Origin: Lytechinus pictus
Taxonomy: Eukaryota
Assembly (NCBI RefSeq): GCF_037042905.1
Contig: NC_087251.1
Location: 2,606,001 to 2,670,000 of the forward strand
DNA length: 64,000 bases
Reading direction: 5' to 3'
Shown here: positions 62,874 to 64,000 of the stretch, one piece after another
Layout: every line of letters starts with the position of its first letter
Position numbering within the stretch: position 1 is the stretch's first letter
Position numbers and translations under genes: made by a program
The notes under the pieces: generated by a model
Seen by the model: the letters and a program-made list of their open reading frames with translations, nothing else
Databases searched by the model: none
What the model was told of the DNA's origin: nothing

Positions 62874-64000
62874 CCCCCCCCCCCCGATGAAAACCTAAAT
62901 TAGTTGTGCTGAATTGAATAGGCCAACTACTCAAATTATAAACCAAAGTTCGATCTCTATGTGTAATCATCGTAGTGGGCTTATTGCAATATTGAGTTCG
63001 TACTTTAGAGACATTTTGCTTCGGCTTTGATCGTTCCTAATCCCCATGGAATTAACCAAAATTAATATTTAGTTCCATTCCACAATTATGATCGTACGTG
63101 TATATGCCTGTATTTTCAAATAAGACAGGGTCGGTCTGCAGACACAGAGCCTGATTAGACTTGAGACAAGTCTAGCACAAATACAACCTGTTGAAATCAG
63201 GACCTGTATAGGCTGTAAATTCAGACAACTGTACTCTATCAAATTGTTTGCATCAACTAGTAATTATTATAGTCCTATTTGTCATGAATTCTCTACACGG
63301 ATAGGATACAAACGGATAAATAAAAACATTATTTTCTGCTAAATCGCGAAATAGCTCAACCAAAATAAAGTAGGCGAGCGATTTGATTTAATCATGATTT
63401 AACATGACTATTCCAGAGACTGCTTTGTTTGGAATAATATTAATTATTTTAATAACGTAATCATAGTTCTATGCGCCAGTGCATTCCTTTCAACAGGAGT
63501 TTGTCGCAATGCACACCTACACAGTAAAATGATTCATCGTTTACTTCATTGAAGTTTTGTCGTAAAACCTCCTGTGTCGTAATTTGCTCTAATTGAATGG
63601 TAATTATTAGCGAGTAATGTGTAAACACTTGTCTACTGGTTCGTAGTAAACAAACCATTAGACGTAAGGTTTCAACTTTTGAACGAGTCCAGGCCGTAGT
63701 TGGGTTCATATTGTGTATAATCTATGAGTTTTGAACTGAACTTCGTGCATCCGATATAAGAATTCTTGAATGATGAATAAAATTGAAATCTTATCTGGGT
63801 TGGAGTTAGTCCATTGAACATATTGGCAAGAGTGTCATTAGTAACTTAGTCATTAGCCCTTTTATAAGGGCATAGAATCTGACTGTAGTTCATATTCCTA
63901 TCTTGGCGCAGTAAAGAAAACGGTATAGTTGTTGAATAGCCTTTGTAGGCCTCTTTTTTTTGCAACATAGAAAGGGAACCACTTTTTTTTTCAAATCAAA

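Noticed and set aside
1..64000. Remaining 60-127 aa ORFs in the track
   Set aside because: Low-complexity or repeat-derived translations with no recognisable domains, of lengths expected by chance. The exception is the 3' part of ORF 33348-33599, which is the candidate exon.

Overview
AT-rich animal genomic DNA, not prokaryotic. The repeat content (tRNA-derived SINEs, many short-TIR MITEs, poly-G/C tracts) suggests a marine invertebrate, probably a sea urchin; this is inference. Nearly all ORFs in the supplied track are spurious. The only clear protein homology is a 5'-truncated CR1-group LINE ORF2 (endonuclease C-terminus plus reverse transcriptase, 43553-45924, one 1-nt frameshift). The left ~41.5 kb is visibly CpG-depleted and looks like large introns of a + strand gene. 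Three short candidate exons (10665-10819, 33478-33595, 33866-33902) have canonical splice signals; the last two join in frame to a stop. Right of ~41.5 kb CpG is abundant. Other notable structures are a 79-bp satellite with a 150-bp higher-order segment and two transposon insertions, and a 2.2-kb TIR element with a 5-bp TSD carrying a regularly spaced array of GCGAAGC-type mini-hairpin motifs. Non-autonomous DNA transposons show 2-, 3-, 4-, 5-, 8- and 9-bp target duplications. All calls were made by eye, without database searches.
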